NCBI GenBank assembly: GCA_025451295.1
Contig: JANWKQ010000168.1
Span: 911 to 64,910, forward strand
Direction: 5' to 3'
DNA length: 64,000 bases
From: Flavobacteriales bacterium
Lineage (GTDB): Bacteria > Bacteroidota > Bacteroidia > CAIKAF01
Below, piece after piece: positions 9,557 to 19,521 of this stretch. Both the position numbers and the translations under genes were made by a program. Each line of letters opens with the position of its first letter. Position 1 is the stretch's first letter. The notes below the pieces were generated by a model. That model was given only the letters and a program-made list of their open reading frames with translations. It was not told where the DNA came from and searched no databases.

Positions 9557-11131
9557 TTATAACACTTCTTCTCCCGTTGGATCCATAAAACGGTATTCCA
9601 GGAACTGGAAGGCATCACGAGGTTCAATAGTGAATTTATTTCCATATTTCTTCAACCAGTCTTTATAAGTACTTTTCTTCGAAAAGAACCCTCCGGTGGT
9701 TTTCTTGATATAAGCATCCACATAAGGATGTACGAGTAACTGCAAAGGTGTTTTGACCTTCGGATCTTTACAAAGATTATTCAGTTTGATCTCGATCTCG
9801 TCTATAATAACCACGGTAGGTCCAACTTTTCCGGTTCCTTTGCAGGAAGGACATACCTCATTTACCTCAATATTTATCTGCGGACGAACCCTTTCACGGG
9901 TGATCTGGATCAATCCAATCTTACTTGGTGGAAGTACGTTATGTTTAGCTTTATCTTCCTTCATTACTTCCCGCATCTTCTTGAACAGGATTTTCTTATG
10001 TTCCATGCGGTACATGTCAATAAAATCTACGACAATGATCCCGCCCATATCTCTAAGCCGAAGCTGACGTCCGATTTCCATCGCTGCTTCCAGGTTAACG
10101 GCCAGGGCACTTGCTTCCTGTGATTCAGATGATTTTACATTGTTGCCACTATTCACATCAATTACATGCAGCGCTTCGGTATGTTCAATAATAAGATAGG
10201 CCCCACTTTTCATCGGGACCTGCTTGCCAAAAAGCGATTTGATCTGACGGGTTATTCCAAAATGTTCGAATATCGGAACCCGACCGTTGAACAATTTCAC
10301 ATCCTTTTCTTTGTCAGGAAAGGTTCTATGTACGTATTCTTTAATATCTCCAAAATACTTTGGATCGTTTACATGTATATTTTCGAAGGTAAAATTCTTG
10401 TTTACCATATCTCTTAACATGGTAGTGGTGCGATTTTTTTCGCCAAGTACTTTTGAAGGGGCTTTTCCCTGGGAGATCATTTTATGCATCGATTCCCAAC
10501 GATCCTTCAGTTCATTCAGATCTTTTTCAATTTCTTCAAGGGATAGGTTTTCCGCTGCCGTGCGTAAAATGGCTCCAAAATTTTTGGGAAGAATGGACTG
10601 CATTATTTTTTTGAGCCGGTCTCTTTCTGAGGCTTCCCGGATTTTACTGGATACTGACACTTTATCGGAGAATGGGACCAGTACTATATGTCTGCCTGGC
10701 AAAGCCATTTCGCAGCTGAGTCTGGGTCCTTTTTGAGAGATGGGTTCTTTGGCAATCTTTACCAGCACATAGTTGCCAGCCTTGAGGATGTCACCAATTT
10801 TTCCATCTTTTCTTATTTCTTCCTCGTACTTGAAGTACATCAGGTTCGAGGTCTTTTGTTTTCCGGAAATTGTTTCCTGTACGTATTTGTTAAGAGAACG
10901 AATGTCGGGTCCGAGATCTAAATAATGCAGAAATGCATCCTTTTCGTATCCAACATCAATAAATGCCGCATTTAAGTTTGGGATTACCCTGGAAACCTTA
11001 GCCAGGTAATAGTCTCCCACATTAAAAGCGTAATTATTTTTTTCCCTGTTCAGCTCTACCAGCTCCTTTTCTCTAAGCAGCGCTATGGAAACTTCATCCG
11101 GAGAAACGTTTACAATTAAGTCGTTGCTCAC
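9557..11131 (-). CDS. Rne/Rng family ribonuclease (RNase G-sized)
   Basis: S1 domain (AAFIDVG..KDAFLH), KEPISQKGPRLS, IDVNSG, RLRDMGGIIVVDFIDM, CPSCKGTG. Confidence 0.95.
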   Translation of the reverse strand: MSNDLIVNVSPDEVSIALLREKELVELNREKNNYAFNVGDYYLAKVSRVIPNLNAAFIDVGYEKDAFLHYLDLGPDIRSLNKYVQETISGKQKTSNLMYFKYEEEIRKDGKIGDILKAGNYVLVKIAKEPISQKGPRLSCEMALPGRHIVLVPFSDKVSVSSKIREASERDRLKKIMQSILPKNFGAILRTAAENLSLEEIEKDLNELKDRWESMHKMISQGKAPSKVLGEKNRTTTMLRDMVNKNFTFENIHVNDPKYFGDIKEYVHRTFPDKEKDVKLFNGRVPIFEHFGITRQIKSLFGKQVPMKSGAYLIIEHTEALHVIDVNSGNNVKSSESQEASALAVNLEAAMEIGRQLRLRDMGGIIVVDFIDMYRMEHKKILFKKMREVMKEDKAKHNVLPPSKIGLIQITRERVRPQINIEVNEVCPSCKGTGKVGPTVVIIDEIEIKLNNLCKDPKVKTPLQLLVHPYVDAYIKKTTGGFFSKKSTYKDWLKKYGNKFTIEPRDAFQFLEYRFMDPTGEEVL

Positions 11132-11209
11132 GGTAGTATTTTTTATTAAACCAGTTCTTTGTTTATCAGAATGTGGCTTAGATTAATAATTTACGACAAT
11201 AAAAGGGGG

Positions 11210-11302
11210 TTATTTCTTCTTTTTATGTCTGTTTTTACGCAATCTCTTTTTTCTTTTATGCGTATTCATTTTAGCTCTTTTTCTTTTTTTACCACTTGGC
11301 AT
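11210..11302 (-). CDS. 30-aa basic protein, AURKAIP1/COX24 (bS22/mS38-like) small ribosomal protein
   Basis: Manual translation MPSGKKRKRAKMNTHKRKKRLRKNRHKKKK*; below the ORF-track size cutoff. Confidence 0.88.
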   Translation of the reverse strand: MPSGKKRKRAKMNTHKRKKRLRKNRHKKKK

Positions 11303-11305
11303 AAA

Positions 11306-12163
11306 TCAATTCATTTTAGTGTTTGACATTTTTTTTAAATCTTCTAAGTAAATATCCAGTTGTATTTTTACTTCTTCATCTTTTAAAAGGCCGCGATACT
11401 GTAGCAGATATTTTTCTGCATTTTCCATATCTCCCATTTTTGCGTAGGTATCACCAATGTAAAAATAGGCTTCATCCAGTTTCGGATCGATTTTCAACGC
11501 CTGTTGAAATCTTTCTATAGCCTTAGAAAACTGGCCCGAAAGTACTGAAAAATGGCCTAACTGCAAAATAGCCCGGGTGTTGGTAGAGTCCTTCGCAACG
11601 ATATCTTTCAGCATCAGTACACCCTGCATTGGATTTTGAGGATCAGGGGCCATCATCCAACAGCTGGCCAGATCAATCTGAGCATCAATATTTTCTGGAT
11701 TGGTCTGTAGGATCTTGATATATATTTGTTTGGCTTCATCATAAGCCCAGGGTTTATCTTCGGGTTTAAGAAACTCGCCAACCTGCATAAATCGCTGTCC
11801 TGCCATCATATAATCATCCATTTTTCCACTCAGTTCCGCCTTGTCCTTTGCATAAACTGCTGAAACTGCCGGTCTCATGTTTTTATCCCAAAACACAATG
11901 ATGGAATCCAGCCATTGGATTTTTTCCGGTCCGCTGGAAGACCCAAACTTCATTTCAAAACCATTGATAACAGCCAGTTCCGTTTTTTTCATGCTGTTTT
12001 TCACCTCAGTGATCTGTGCCTGGATGTCTGCTTTGGTCTCTTTTGTTTGTTGTTGATGGAGTTTGGAAACTGAATATTTTTTTGGAGCGACGACCAACGC
12101 AACAAATATGGTAATGGATATCACCAGGATCACAATTTGCAAAACAAGACCTTTTACTGACAT
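11306..12163 (-). CDS. Membrane-anchored TPR protein
   Basis: N-terminal TM helix; NPMQGVLMLK; TPRs (LGHFSVLSGQFSKAIERF, YFYIGDTYAKMGD). Confidence 0.8.
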   Translation of the reverse strand: MSVKGLVLQIVILVISITIFVALVVAPKKYSVSKLHQQQTKETKADIQAQITEVKNSMKKTELAVINGFEMKFGSSSGPEKIQWLDSIIVFWDKNMRPAVSAVYAKDKAELSGKMDDYMMAGQRFMQVGEFLKPEDKPWAYDEAKQIYIKILQTNPENIDAQIDLASCWMMAPDPQNPMQGVLMLKDIVAKDSTNTRAILQLGHFSVLSGQFSKAIERFQQALKIDPKLDEAYFYIGDTYAKMGDMENAEKYLLQYRGLLKDEEVKIQLDIYLEDLKKMSNTKMN

Positions 12164-12289
12164 GTTCGAGCTATTTCCCTTGATGGGAGGCCAAAGGTAG
12201 CAAATATAGCGGAAGGTGGTAAAAGGTCAACATTCCACAATTTTTGCTGCTGGTATAAATAAAGTTTAGATTGTTTTAGGAGTCACGGC

Positions 12290-12574
12290 CTATTTTACTC
12301 TTTTCTTCACCTGGTTAACGAAAGATTTCGCCGGCTTGAAAGAGGGAATGTTGTGGGCTGGAATTACAATTGTAGTATTTTTTGAAATGTTCCGTCCTTT
12401 TTTCTCAGCACGTTTTTTTACTACAAAACTTCCGAAGCCTCTGAGATAAACATTACTTCCGTTCATCATTGACTCTCTGATAGTCTTCATGAAAGACTCA
12501 ACTGTGGCCTGAACTGCAACCTTTTCAATTCCTGTAGTTTCAGAAATTTTATTTACGATATCCGCCTTTGTCAT
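12290..12574 (-). CDS. HU/IHF family DNA-binding protein
   Basis: MTKADIV, VYLRGFGSF, GRNISKNTTIVIPAHNIPSFKPAK. Confidence 0.95.
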   Translation of the reverse strand: MTKADIVNKISETTGIEKVAVQATVESFMKTIRESMMNGSNVYLRGFGSFVVKKRAEKKGRNISKNTTIVIPAHNIPSFKPAKSFVNQVKKRVK

Positions 12575-12681
12575 AGCTTTTGAGTTTATTTGGGTTTACT
12601 AATTGGATTAAAGTGAGTTAATTGTTTAACTAATATAAGGTTAAAACAATTCGGTTTACATTGTTGTTTGCTTTTTTTAAT

Positions 12682-13761
12682 ATGATATTCAGTACTAAAA
12701 TAGTTAATTGGTATTACAAAAACAAGCGGGAACTTCCATGGCGACAAGAAGTTAATCCATATCACATTTGGCTCAGTGAGGTCATATTGCAACAAACAAG
12801 GGTCAGTCAGGGCCTTCCCTATTATTTTCGCTTCATTAAAAATTATCCAACTATCAGTGATTTGGCCCAAGCCGACGAAAAAAAAATCTTAAAGGACTGG
12901 CAGGGGCTGGGATATTATAGCCGGGCCCGAAACCTGCATTCTGCCGCAAAAACCATCGTAAAAAAGCATAAAGGCATATTTCCTAAAACGTTTCAGGAAA
13001 TTCTTGAGTTGGAGGGAATTGGTCCCTATACTGCTGCGGCTATTTCGAGTGTGGCCTTTAATCTTCCTCATCCCGCAGTTGACGGCAATGTACAGCGGGT
13101 TATTTCAAGAATATTCGGCATTGAAAGTCCCGTAAACAGTACCATTGGTAAAAAAGAAATTGAATCAGTTCTGGAAGAGATCTTCGATAAAAAGCGGCCC
13201 GGGGATTTTAACCAGGCCATCATGGAATTTGGGGCCTTGCATTGCAAACCTCAGCAACCGCACTGTCCTACCTGTCCATTTGCCGGGGAATGTTTTGCAC
13301 TCAAACATAAAAAAGTAAATATTTTGCCGGTCAAAGAAAAAAAGGCAAAAGTAAAAACCAGGTATTTTTTATATATAGTTCCTCAACAAGGCAAAAAAGA
13401 ATTTGTGGCTCAAAGAACGGAGAAGGATATCTGGAAGAATCTTTTTGAATTCCCATTGATCGAACTGGATGAATCTTTGCTGATGCCGGATGAAAAGATG
13501 ATAAAGGAGATCCTGCAGGGTAAAAAATGTCCTCCAGCATGGAAGATCAAAAAAGGGAGCTATAAGATCAAACATATTTCAAGCGAATACAAACATGTGC
13601 TAACTCACAGGATCATTTATGCCAGGTTTGTTGGCCTTGAAATGGACCAGTCATTTCGTCCCGGAAAAAACTGGATCGCAAAACCGATTCATGATCACGA
13701 ACAGTTTGCCTTTCCTGTATTGATACAAAATTATATAGATGATCGTGAGAAGGGGAAATAG
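12682..13761 (+). CDS. mutY: A/G-specific adenine DNA glycosylase
   Basis: RELPWR, WLSEVILQQT, WQGLGYYSRARNL, GIGPYTA, VDGNV, Fe-S motif C-x6-C-x2-C-x5-C. Confidence 0.95.
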   Translation: MIFSTKIVNWYYKNKRELPWRQEVNPYHIWLSEVILQQTRVSQGLPYYFRFIKNYPTISDLAQADEKKILKDWQGLGYYSRARNLHSAAKTIVKKHKGIFPKTFQEILELEGIGPYTAAAISSVAFNLPHPAVDGNVQRVISRIFGIESPVNSTIGKKEIESVLEEIFDKKRPGDFNQAIMEFGALHCKPQQPHCPTCPFAGECFALKHKKVNILPVKEKKAKVKTRYFLYIVPQQGKKEFVAQRTEKDIWKNLFEFPLIELDESLLMPDEKMIKEILQGKKCPPAWKIKKGSYKIKHISSEYKHVLTHRIIYARFVGLEMDQSFRPGKNWIAKPIHDHEQFAFPVLIQNYIDDREKGK

Positions 13762-13767
13762 GAGGAA

Positions 13768-15591
13768 TTAGTTTAAATCATCTCCTTTTAACTGATTGAA
13801 ACGTTTTCTGGCTTCAACAGAATAAATACTGTCTTTATGATCCTTGATGATCTTTTTATAGCATTCCGCTGCCTTGTCAGGGTTGTTCAATTTTCTTTCA
13901 TACAGGTCACCCATTTTGAACAACGCATCATCTGCTAAAATATCAAACTCATATTTGGTGGCCACTTCTTCGAAATAGATAACTGCTTTTTCATAGTCAC
14001 CCTTCTTTAAGGATACTTCAGCTTTCTTATATTTTACATCGTCCATTACCGAATGGTAAGGATATTTTGTTTCAATGGAATCCAGACATTTCATACTCAA
14101 CTCAAGCTGATTCTGATAAAAATACAGATCAGCCCGTGCATATATTGCAAGCACATCATAGGTAGTATCAAGTCCCGAAATATCCATTATGAGCATCGAT
14201 AAAGCAATGGCATCATTTGATATTAACTTCGAGGTAGAAGCTTTGAGAACATCCATTTGAGTTTGGGCCCATTCAAATTCACAACGATAAAAAGAAAGCT
14301 TGGCATTTTTGAATTTTGCTTCCTGTCCGATCAGGTCGTTTTTATAATCTTTTTCGATTTGTCCATATAATAAGGAGGGTTCCCACATATCTCCCTGAAG
14401 AATGAGAATATCTGCTAACTCCATTTTTGCTTTTGCCAGTTCTTCTGGTTTTCCAATGTTTCGATTCACGATCTCCTTGAGTCTCACCACCCCATTCTCC
14501 GGCTTGTGAAGATAAAATGCCTGCAGATGACTCAGTTCAATGTTTAATTGGATCGCATGATCCTGTGTCAGCAATTCTTCAATGGAAATGAGATATTCGT
14601 TTTCGAGATTCAGCAAATCAGTTTCGGAAGCAGAAAAATCTTCGGTGAGCATTCGATACCTGGTACTCAGGTAATTCATTTTCGCATCGTAATAAAAAGT
14701 GGCCTGTGGTCCTAGACTAATAATATATTCATAGCATTTGAGTGCAATATCATATTTACGATTTTCCAGACAGATGTTTGAAAGTTGAGCGATCCTGGCA
14801 CCATCTTCTTTTAATCTTTTGTCAATGGCTTTTGTTTGGATAAAAGCTCCTTCGTAATTTTTTTGCTGAAGCATTAACCAGATCAGCAGATCAGAATAAG
14901 TAACATCCGTTGGATTCTTTTGTATTTCCTTCAGTACAGCTTCTCTGAAAATGGTGTTGAGCTGACTATCCGGATTATCATCCAGAATGGTTAGTAAGGC
15001 ACTTTTCAAAGGTTCAATTTCAAACGGATCAACTTTTAGCACATCGAGTAATTCGTTGGTCATTTTCTCATAATCATTATTTACTGCGTACAACTCAGCC
15101 AGACTATAATGGAAGCTGGGAAGATCTCCCACTGTTTTCCGGCCCTTTAAAAAAGTTTCAATTGCATATTGATTTTCACCGATCAGTAAAAAAGCTGATG
15201 CCAGTTCTTCCACCTGATCAGCGTAAGGATTCATATCCTTGATGGCATCATCAAAAATTGTCTTGGCTTTTTTAGTATCTCCGGTATTCCGATAAAATTC
15301 ACCCAGATCAATTTTATAGGTTTGCTGCCGGGGAAAATCTTTTGCCTGTTTTTTAATGACTTTTTCCGCCTCTTTTAAATTATCAAGTTTAATGAGACAA
15401 TCTACATAATTCTTATAGTAGATTTTATTTTTGCCTTCGTTCTTATAAAATTTTTCGTAAAAAGGCAGTGCCTTCTCATATTCGCCATTTTTCAAATATT
15501 CATTGGCCAATTGTTCTTCCTGGTAAGTTTGGCAGAATCCCGGAACTGTAATTCCGATAAAAAGTATGAATATGGATAATGTCTTTTTCAT
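13768..15591 (-). CDS. Secreted multi-TPR protein
   Basis: Signal peptide; many TPR-like helical repeats; SKLISNDAI motif. Confidence 0.75.
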   Translation of the reverse strand: MKKTLSIFILFIGITVPGFCQTYQEEQLANEYLKNGEYEKALPFYEKFYKNEGKNKIYYKNYVDCLIKLDNLKEAEKVIKKQAKDFPRQQTYKIDLGEFYRNTGDTKKAKTIFDDAIKDMNPYADQVEELASAFLLIGENQYAIETFLKGRKTVGDLPSFHYSLAELYAVNNDYEKMTNELLDVLKVDPFEIEPLKSALLTILDDNPDSQLNTIFREAVLKEIQKNPTDVTYSDLLIWLMLQQKNYEGAFIQTKAIDKRLKEDGARIAQLSNICLENRKYDIALKCYEYIISLGPQATFYYDAKMNYLSTRYRMLTEDFSASETDLLNLENEYLISIEELLTQDHAIQLNIELSHLQAFYLHKPENGVVRLKEIVNRNIGKPEELAKAKMELADILILQGDMWEPSLLYGQIEKDYKNDLIGQEAKFKNAKLSFYRCEFEWAQTQMDVLKASTSKLISNDAIALSMLIMDISGLDTTYDVLAIYARADLYFYQNQLELSMKCLDSIETKYPYHSVMDDVKYKKAEVSLKKGDYEKAVIYFEEVATKYEFDILADDALFKMGDLYERKLNNPDKAAECYKKIIKDHKDSIYSVEARKRFNQLKGDDLN

Positions 15592-15598
15592 TTTTTTC

Positions 15599-15760
15599 TT
15601 TGGGCGCCTTTACCGGTGTTTCGCTGTATCTTTTGTTGTTGCTATTAACTGTGTTGTCGATTTGGAGCAAAGACGGACAATTGTCCGTCTCTACATACGG
15701 CTACTAAATTATTTTAATGGCAACAACAAAAGGATGCCGCTTCACCCCGGGGCGCTACCG
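15599..15760 (-). ncRNA. Structured intergenic repeat/ncRNA (Flavo-1-like), copy A, with REP-like palindrome in the loop
   Basis: Minus strand GAAGCGGCATCCTTTTGTTGTTGC...GCAACAACAAAAGATACAGCGAAACACCGG; inner AGACGGACAATTGTCCGTCT. Confidence 0.6.
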
Positions 15761-15807
15761 TAAATATACTAAGCATTAACGTAAAACATGAAAACCTGTT
15801 GCTGCGG

Positions 15808-17079
15808 TTAAGATATTTTATCGAACCCGCAGAAGGCCTGCAGCACTTTGGGAATATTGATACCGTCACTTACCTGGTAGTTTTCAAGAATGCCAGCCAT
15901 GATCCTTGGAAGCGCTAAAGCACTGCCATTGAGGGTATGGGCTAGTTGTGGCTTCTCATTTCCGTCCCGGTATCGAAGCTTTAAACGGTTGGATTGAAAT
16001 GATTCAAAATTCGAAACGGAACTTACCTCAAGCCATCTTTGCTGTGCGGTACTATATACTTCAAAATCATAGGTCATAGCGGAGGTGAAGCCCATATCTC
16101 CACCACATAAGCGAAGGATCCGATAAGGAAGCTCCAGCTTATCCAATAGTGCTGCTACATGCTCCACCATTTCTTCCAGAGCGGGATAGCTTTTTTCTGG
16201 ATGCTGGATCTGAACGATCTCCACCTTATCAAATTGATGAAGCCTGTTAAGTCCTCGAACATCCTTACCATAAGAACCTGCTTCTCTCCTGAAACAGGGC
16301 GTATAGCCCGTTAACTTAATGGGCAGATCCTCTGCTTTTACAATTTCATCTCGGAATAAATTGGTCAGTGGAACCTCAGCCGTAGGAATTAAATAGAGAT
16401 TATCTACACCCACATGGTACATTTGTCCTTCCTTATCAGGAAGCTGACCGGTACCATATCCGCTGTCTTCATTTACCATATGCGGAACCTGGTGTTCCAC
16501 ATAACCCGCTTTTGTATTCTCATCAAGAAAAAAATTGATGAGTGCTCTTTGAAGCTTGGCGGCTTTTCCAATATAAACTGGAAAACCTGCACCGGTAATT
16601 TTTACCCCTAGTTCAAAATTGATGAGGTTATATTTTGTGGTGAGTTCCCAATGGGGAAGATTGTTATTCCCAAGTTCGGGGATCTTTCCGGATTGACGTA
16701 CCTCCTGGTTATCCTCTGCGCCTTTTCCCTCTGGTACTAGTGAGTAGGGAGCATTTGGGATGGTGTATAAATGTTGAAGGAGTTGTTGTTCGGCTTCGGC
16801 CTGAGCTACCTCGAGTTGTTTAATATTTTCTTTAATGGAAGTTACTTTCGCTTTGGCAGCTTCGGCTTCTTCTTTTTTTCCTGACTGCATAAGAGATCCA
16901 ATCATTTTAGATGCAGTATTGGCTTCAGCTAAAAGTTGATCGGATTGTTGCTGGGCCTTACGGCGGGCTTCATCGAGTTCCAATGCCTTTGTTACTGCCT
17001 CTTCCGCATTGATGTTCCTCTTTTTCAACCGGCTGATCGCCTCCTCCTTGTGATCCTTTAAATATTGTATCTGCAACAT
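15808..17079 (-). CDS. serS: Serine--tRNA ligase
   Basis: N-terminal coiled coil; GTGQLPDK, LIPTAEVP, FRREAGSYG, LHQFDKVE, EVSSVSN, HTLNGSALA. Confidence 0.97.
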   Translation of the reverse strand: MLQIQYLKDHKEEAISRLKKRNINAEEAVTKALELDEARRKAQQQSDQLLAEANTASKMIGSLMQSGKKEEAEAAKAKVTSIKENIKQLEVAQAEAEQQLLQHLYTIPNAPYSLVPEGKGAEDNQEVRQSGKIPELGNNNLPHWELTTKYNLINFELGVKITGAGFPVYIGKAAKLQRALINFFLDENTKAGYVEHQVPHMVNEDSGYGTGQLPDKEGQMYHVGVDNLYLIPTAEVPLTNLFRDEIVKAEDLPIKLTGYTPCFRREAGSYGKDVRGLNRLHQFDKVEIVQIQHPEKSYPALEEMVEHVAALLDKLELPYRILRLCGGDMGFTSAMTYDFEVYSTAQQRWLEVSSVSNFESFQSNRLKLRYRDGNEKPQLAHTLNGSALALPRIMAGILENYQVSDGINIPKVLQAFCGFDKIS

Positions 17080-17283
17080 AAAGCCTTCAGAATTTGTTGG
17101 CGAAAATAGGAAAGGAATACGGATTTTTTAGAGAATTCCGGTTTTTTAAGGAGTTTTTCTATGCAATAATTATGTAATATACTGGCATCTAAAATATTGA
17201 TAATTAAAAAATTAACAAACGGAGATAAGCTGTCAACATGTAATGGATTTGAAAGAGGTTGAACTATGGGGTGTAGGGGGGCG

Positions 17284-17291
17284 TATATTTG
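17284..17291 (+). promoter_or_regulatory. Bacteroidota housekeeping promoter -7 box (TATATTTG)
   Basis: Exact TAnnTTTG match; no ORF downstream before the terminator. Confidence 0.55.
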
Positions 17292-17297
17292 GTTATA

Positions 17298-17431
17298 GAA
17301 ATTGATTTCAACACCAGTTGAATAAAAATAAAAATCTGACGCGTTCTTTTTTCATATAATAGTTAAGTGGTAAATAGGCAAGATTTGCCGTAGGTGTAAA
17401 AAAGCCCTGGAGATATTCAGGGCTTTTTTTT
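17298..17431 (+). ncRNA. Candidate small regulatory RNA
   Basis: Promoter box upstream, two small hairpins, TTTTTTCAT tract, strong terminator, no + strand ORF. Confidence 0.45.
17398..17431 (+). terminator. Rho-independent terminator
   Basis: A6-GCCCTG-gagatatt-CAGGGC-T8. Confidence 0.85.
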
Positions 17432-17588
17432 GTGCAATTGGTTCGACGGCCGGTGAATCAGCCATACCGATATTTCATCATGGGTTAAAGTGGCGAAGGA
17501 AAGTGCCCTAATAATTCCTAAAAATAAACTTGCTGATATACAATTACGTAGGTTAATAGGATAGTTTTACGATATTTGCTGAGGTACG

Positions 17589-18572
17589 ATGTCTTTTCAA
17601 AATAAATACGAGGTGCTTAAAAGCTATGTGGATGAGGAGCTGAACAAGCTTAAGCATATTCACAGTGATAATCCAAAGCTTTATGAACCCCTGAGCTATA
17701 TGATAGAACTGGGGGGCAAACGCCTTCGACCTGTTTTAACCTTGTTATCGTGTGAAGCATTTGGAGGAAGGGCAGAGCATGCCATCCATCCTGCGCTTGG
17801 GCTTGAAGTATTCCATAATTTCTCATTGATACATGATGATATTATGGATAATGCGCCTACACGTCGCGGAAAACCAACGGTACACGAGAAATGGGGAGTG
17901 AACATGGGCATTTTGAGTGGTGATCTCTTGCTTATTAAATCATACGAACTCATCAGTGTAGTTCATCCTGCGGTGCTGGCGAAGGTTTTTAAAATATTCA
18001 ATCAGACCGCTATTATGGTTTGCGAAGGCCAGCAAAAGGACATGGATTTCGAAAAAAGAGAATTGGTGGACGAGGAAGAATATCTGCGGATGATCTTATT
18101 GAAAACCGGTGTTTTGTTGGGGGCTGCTTTGCAAATTGGTGCACTCGCCGGTGGAGCTTCAGATGCCGATGCAAAAAGCATGTATGAATTTGGTTGCGAA
18201 ATTGGAGTTGCTTTCCAAATAAAAGATGACTGGCTCGATACTTTTGGTGAAGAAGAAAAAGTGGGTAAACGAATTGGCGGAGATATTGTGGAAGGGAAGA
18301 AAACGATGCTTATGATCAAAGCCAAAGAACTGGCGAACGAACTTCAATCTCAAAAAATTTACAAACTCTATTCAAACGGGGCCACTGAGGAACAAAGAAT
18401 AACAGGTGTACTTGAGGTATATGATGAATTGAAGATCCGTGATATTTGCAAAGCCGAGATTTATAAACATTACCAGGTTGCTTTGTTAAAACTCGATTCC
18501 GTAAGTATGACTCCGGAATTTAAATCTTACTTCAGATCGTTTGCGGAATATTTGATCGAAAGAGATTTTTAG
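17589..18572 (+). CDS. Polyprenyl diphosphate synthase
   Basis: GGKRLRP, HDDIMDNAPTRRG, GQQKDM, KTGVL, FQIKDDWLD. Confidence 0.93.
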   Translation: MSFQNKYEVLKSYVDEELNKLKHIHSDNPKLYEPLSYMIELGGKRLRPVLTLLSCEAFGGRAEHAIHPALGLEVFHNFSLIHDDIMDNAPTRRGKPTVHEKWGVNMGILSGDLLLIKSYELISVVHPAVLAKVFKIFNQTAIMVCEGQQKDMDFEKRELVDEEEYLRMILLKTGVLLGAALQIGALAGGASDADAKSMYEFGCEIGVAFQIKDDWLDTFGEEEKVGKRIGGDIVEGKKTMLMIKAKELANELQSQKIYKLYSNGATEEQRITGVLEVYDELKIRDICKAEIYKHYQVALLKLDSVSMTPEFKSYFRSFAEYLIERDF

Positions 18573-18586
18573 AATATTTATATCCG

Positions 18587-19498
18587 CTATTTTCGCATCA
18601 GAAGATCCTTAACCGTCTCGTCCAGATTCGGATGATCAAATACAAAACCGGCATTCAATAATTTTTTTACAGATACCCGATTGCCTTTAAGCACAATTTG
18701 TGCCTGTTCGCCCAACAACATTTTCAAAATAAAACCGGGAACTGGAAAAGGCCAGACAGGTTTTTTAATTGCCTTGCCGATGGATCGGGTAAGAGCATTG
18801 TTCGTAACAGGATTGGGAGAAACAGCATTGTAAATACCGGTCATTTTTTTTTCTTCGATACCTTTTAAAAAAACAGAAACCAGGTCATCAATATGGATCC
18901 ATGGAACGATTTGGTTGCCTGAACCTAACGGAGCGCCCATCAACATTCTCACTGGCTTTGCCATTTCAACCAATGCACCGGATTGATCGGACAACACCAC
19001 CCCAATGCGCAATGTAAGCACATCTATATGGGAGGCGAATAAAGGTGTTAGCTCATTTTCCCATTTGTTGGTAAGCTCAGCCAGAAAATCTTTTCCGGCC
19101 TGATCTTCTTCTGTAAACTCGGCATTATTATCCTTGAATCCATAGTATCCGATGGCACTGGCCTGGATGAATTTTTGAACCGGTAAATTATTTTTCAATA
19201 TACAATCAATCAATAATTGGGTGGAGTTAAGACGGCTGTTGATCAATTCTTCTTTTCTTTTTGGCGTCCATTTTCCTTTTCCAACATTTGCCCCTGCGAG
19301 GTTGATCACAAAATCAGTTTGTGAAAAAGCCTCCATGTCTATTCGTTTTTTTTCAGGATCCCATTCATAGGTTGGAATGCTTTGCGCTGTTTTTTTTCGA
19401 CCTAACCATTTTACCTGAAAGCCTAGCTGAAGAAGTTTCTCTGAAAGTGCTTTCCCTACCAGTCCTGAACCTCCAGCTATGAGAACTGTTTTAGACAT
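18587..19498 (-). CDS. TIGR01777 family epimerase-like protein
   Basis: LIAGGSGLVG, VINLAGA, SRLNST, LRIGVVL, GSGNQIVPWIHIDD; start placed at MSKTVLI. Confidence 0.88.
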   Translation of the reverse strand: MSKTVLIAGGSGLVGKALSEKLLQLGFQVKWLGRKKTAQSIPTYEWDPEKKRIDMEAFSQTDFVINLAGANVGKGKWTPKRKEELINSRLNSTQLLIDCILKNNLPVQKFIQASAIGYYGFKDNNAEFTEEDQAGKDFLAELTNKWENELTPLFASHIDVLTLRIGVVLSDQSGALVEMAKPVRMLMGAPLGSGNQIVPWIHIDDLVSVFLKGIEEKKMTGIYNAVSPNPVTNNALTRSIGKAIKKPVWPFPVPGFILKMLLGEQAQIVLKGNRVSVKKLLNAGFVFDHPNLDETVKDLLMRK

Positions 19499-19521
19499 TA
19501 TGATTTTTTGATCTATATTTA

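Noticed and set aside
15566..15763. ORFs over the structured elements (15566, 30396, 55296/55318, 59532/59702)
   Set aside because: They coincide with the GC-rich repeats or the tRNA, which suppress stop codons; translations are not protein-like
17308..17355. 15-codon minus-strand ORF upstream of serS as a possible leader peptide
   Set aside because: No Ser codons, and serS has its own nearby promoter-like box; an sRNA on the + strand explains the signals better
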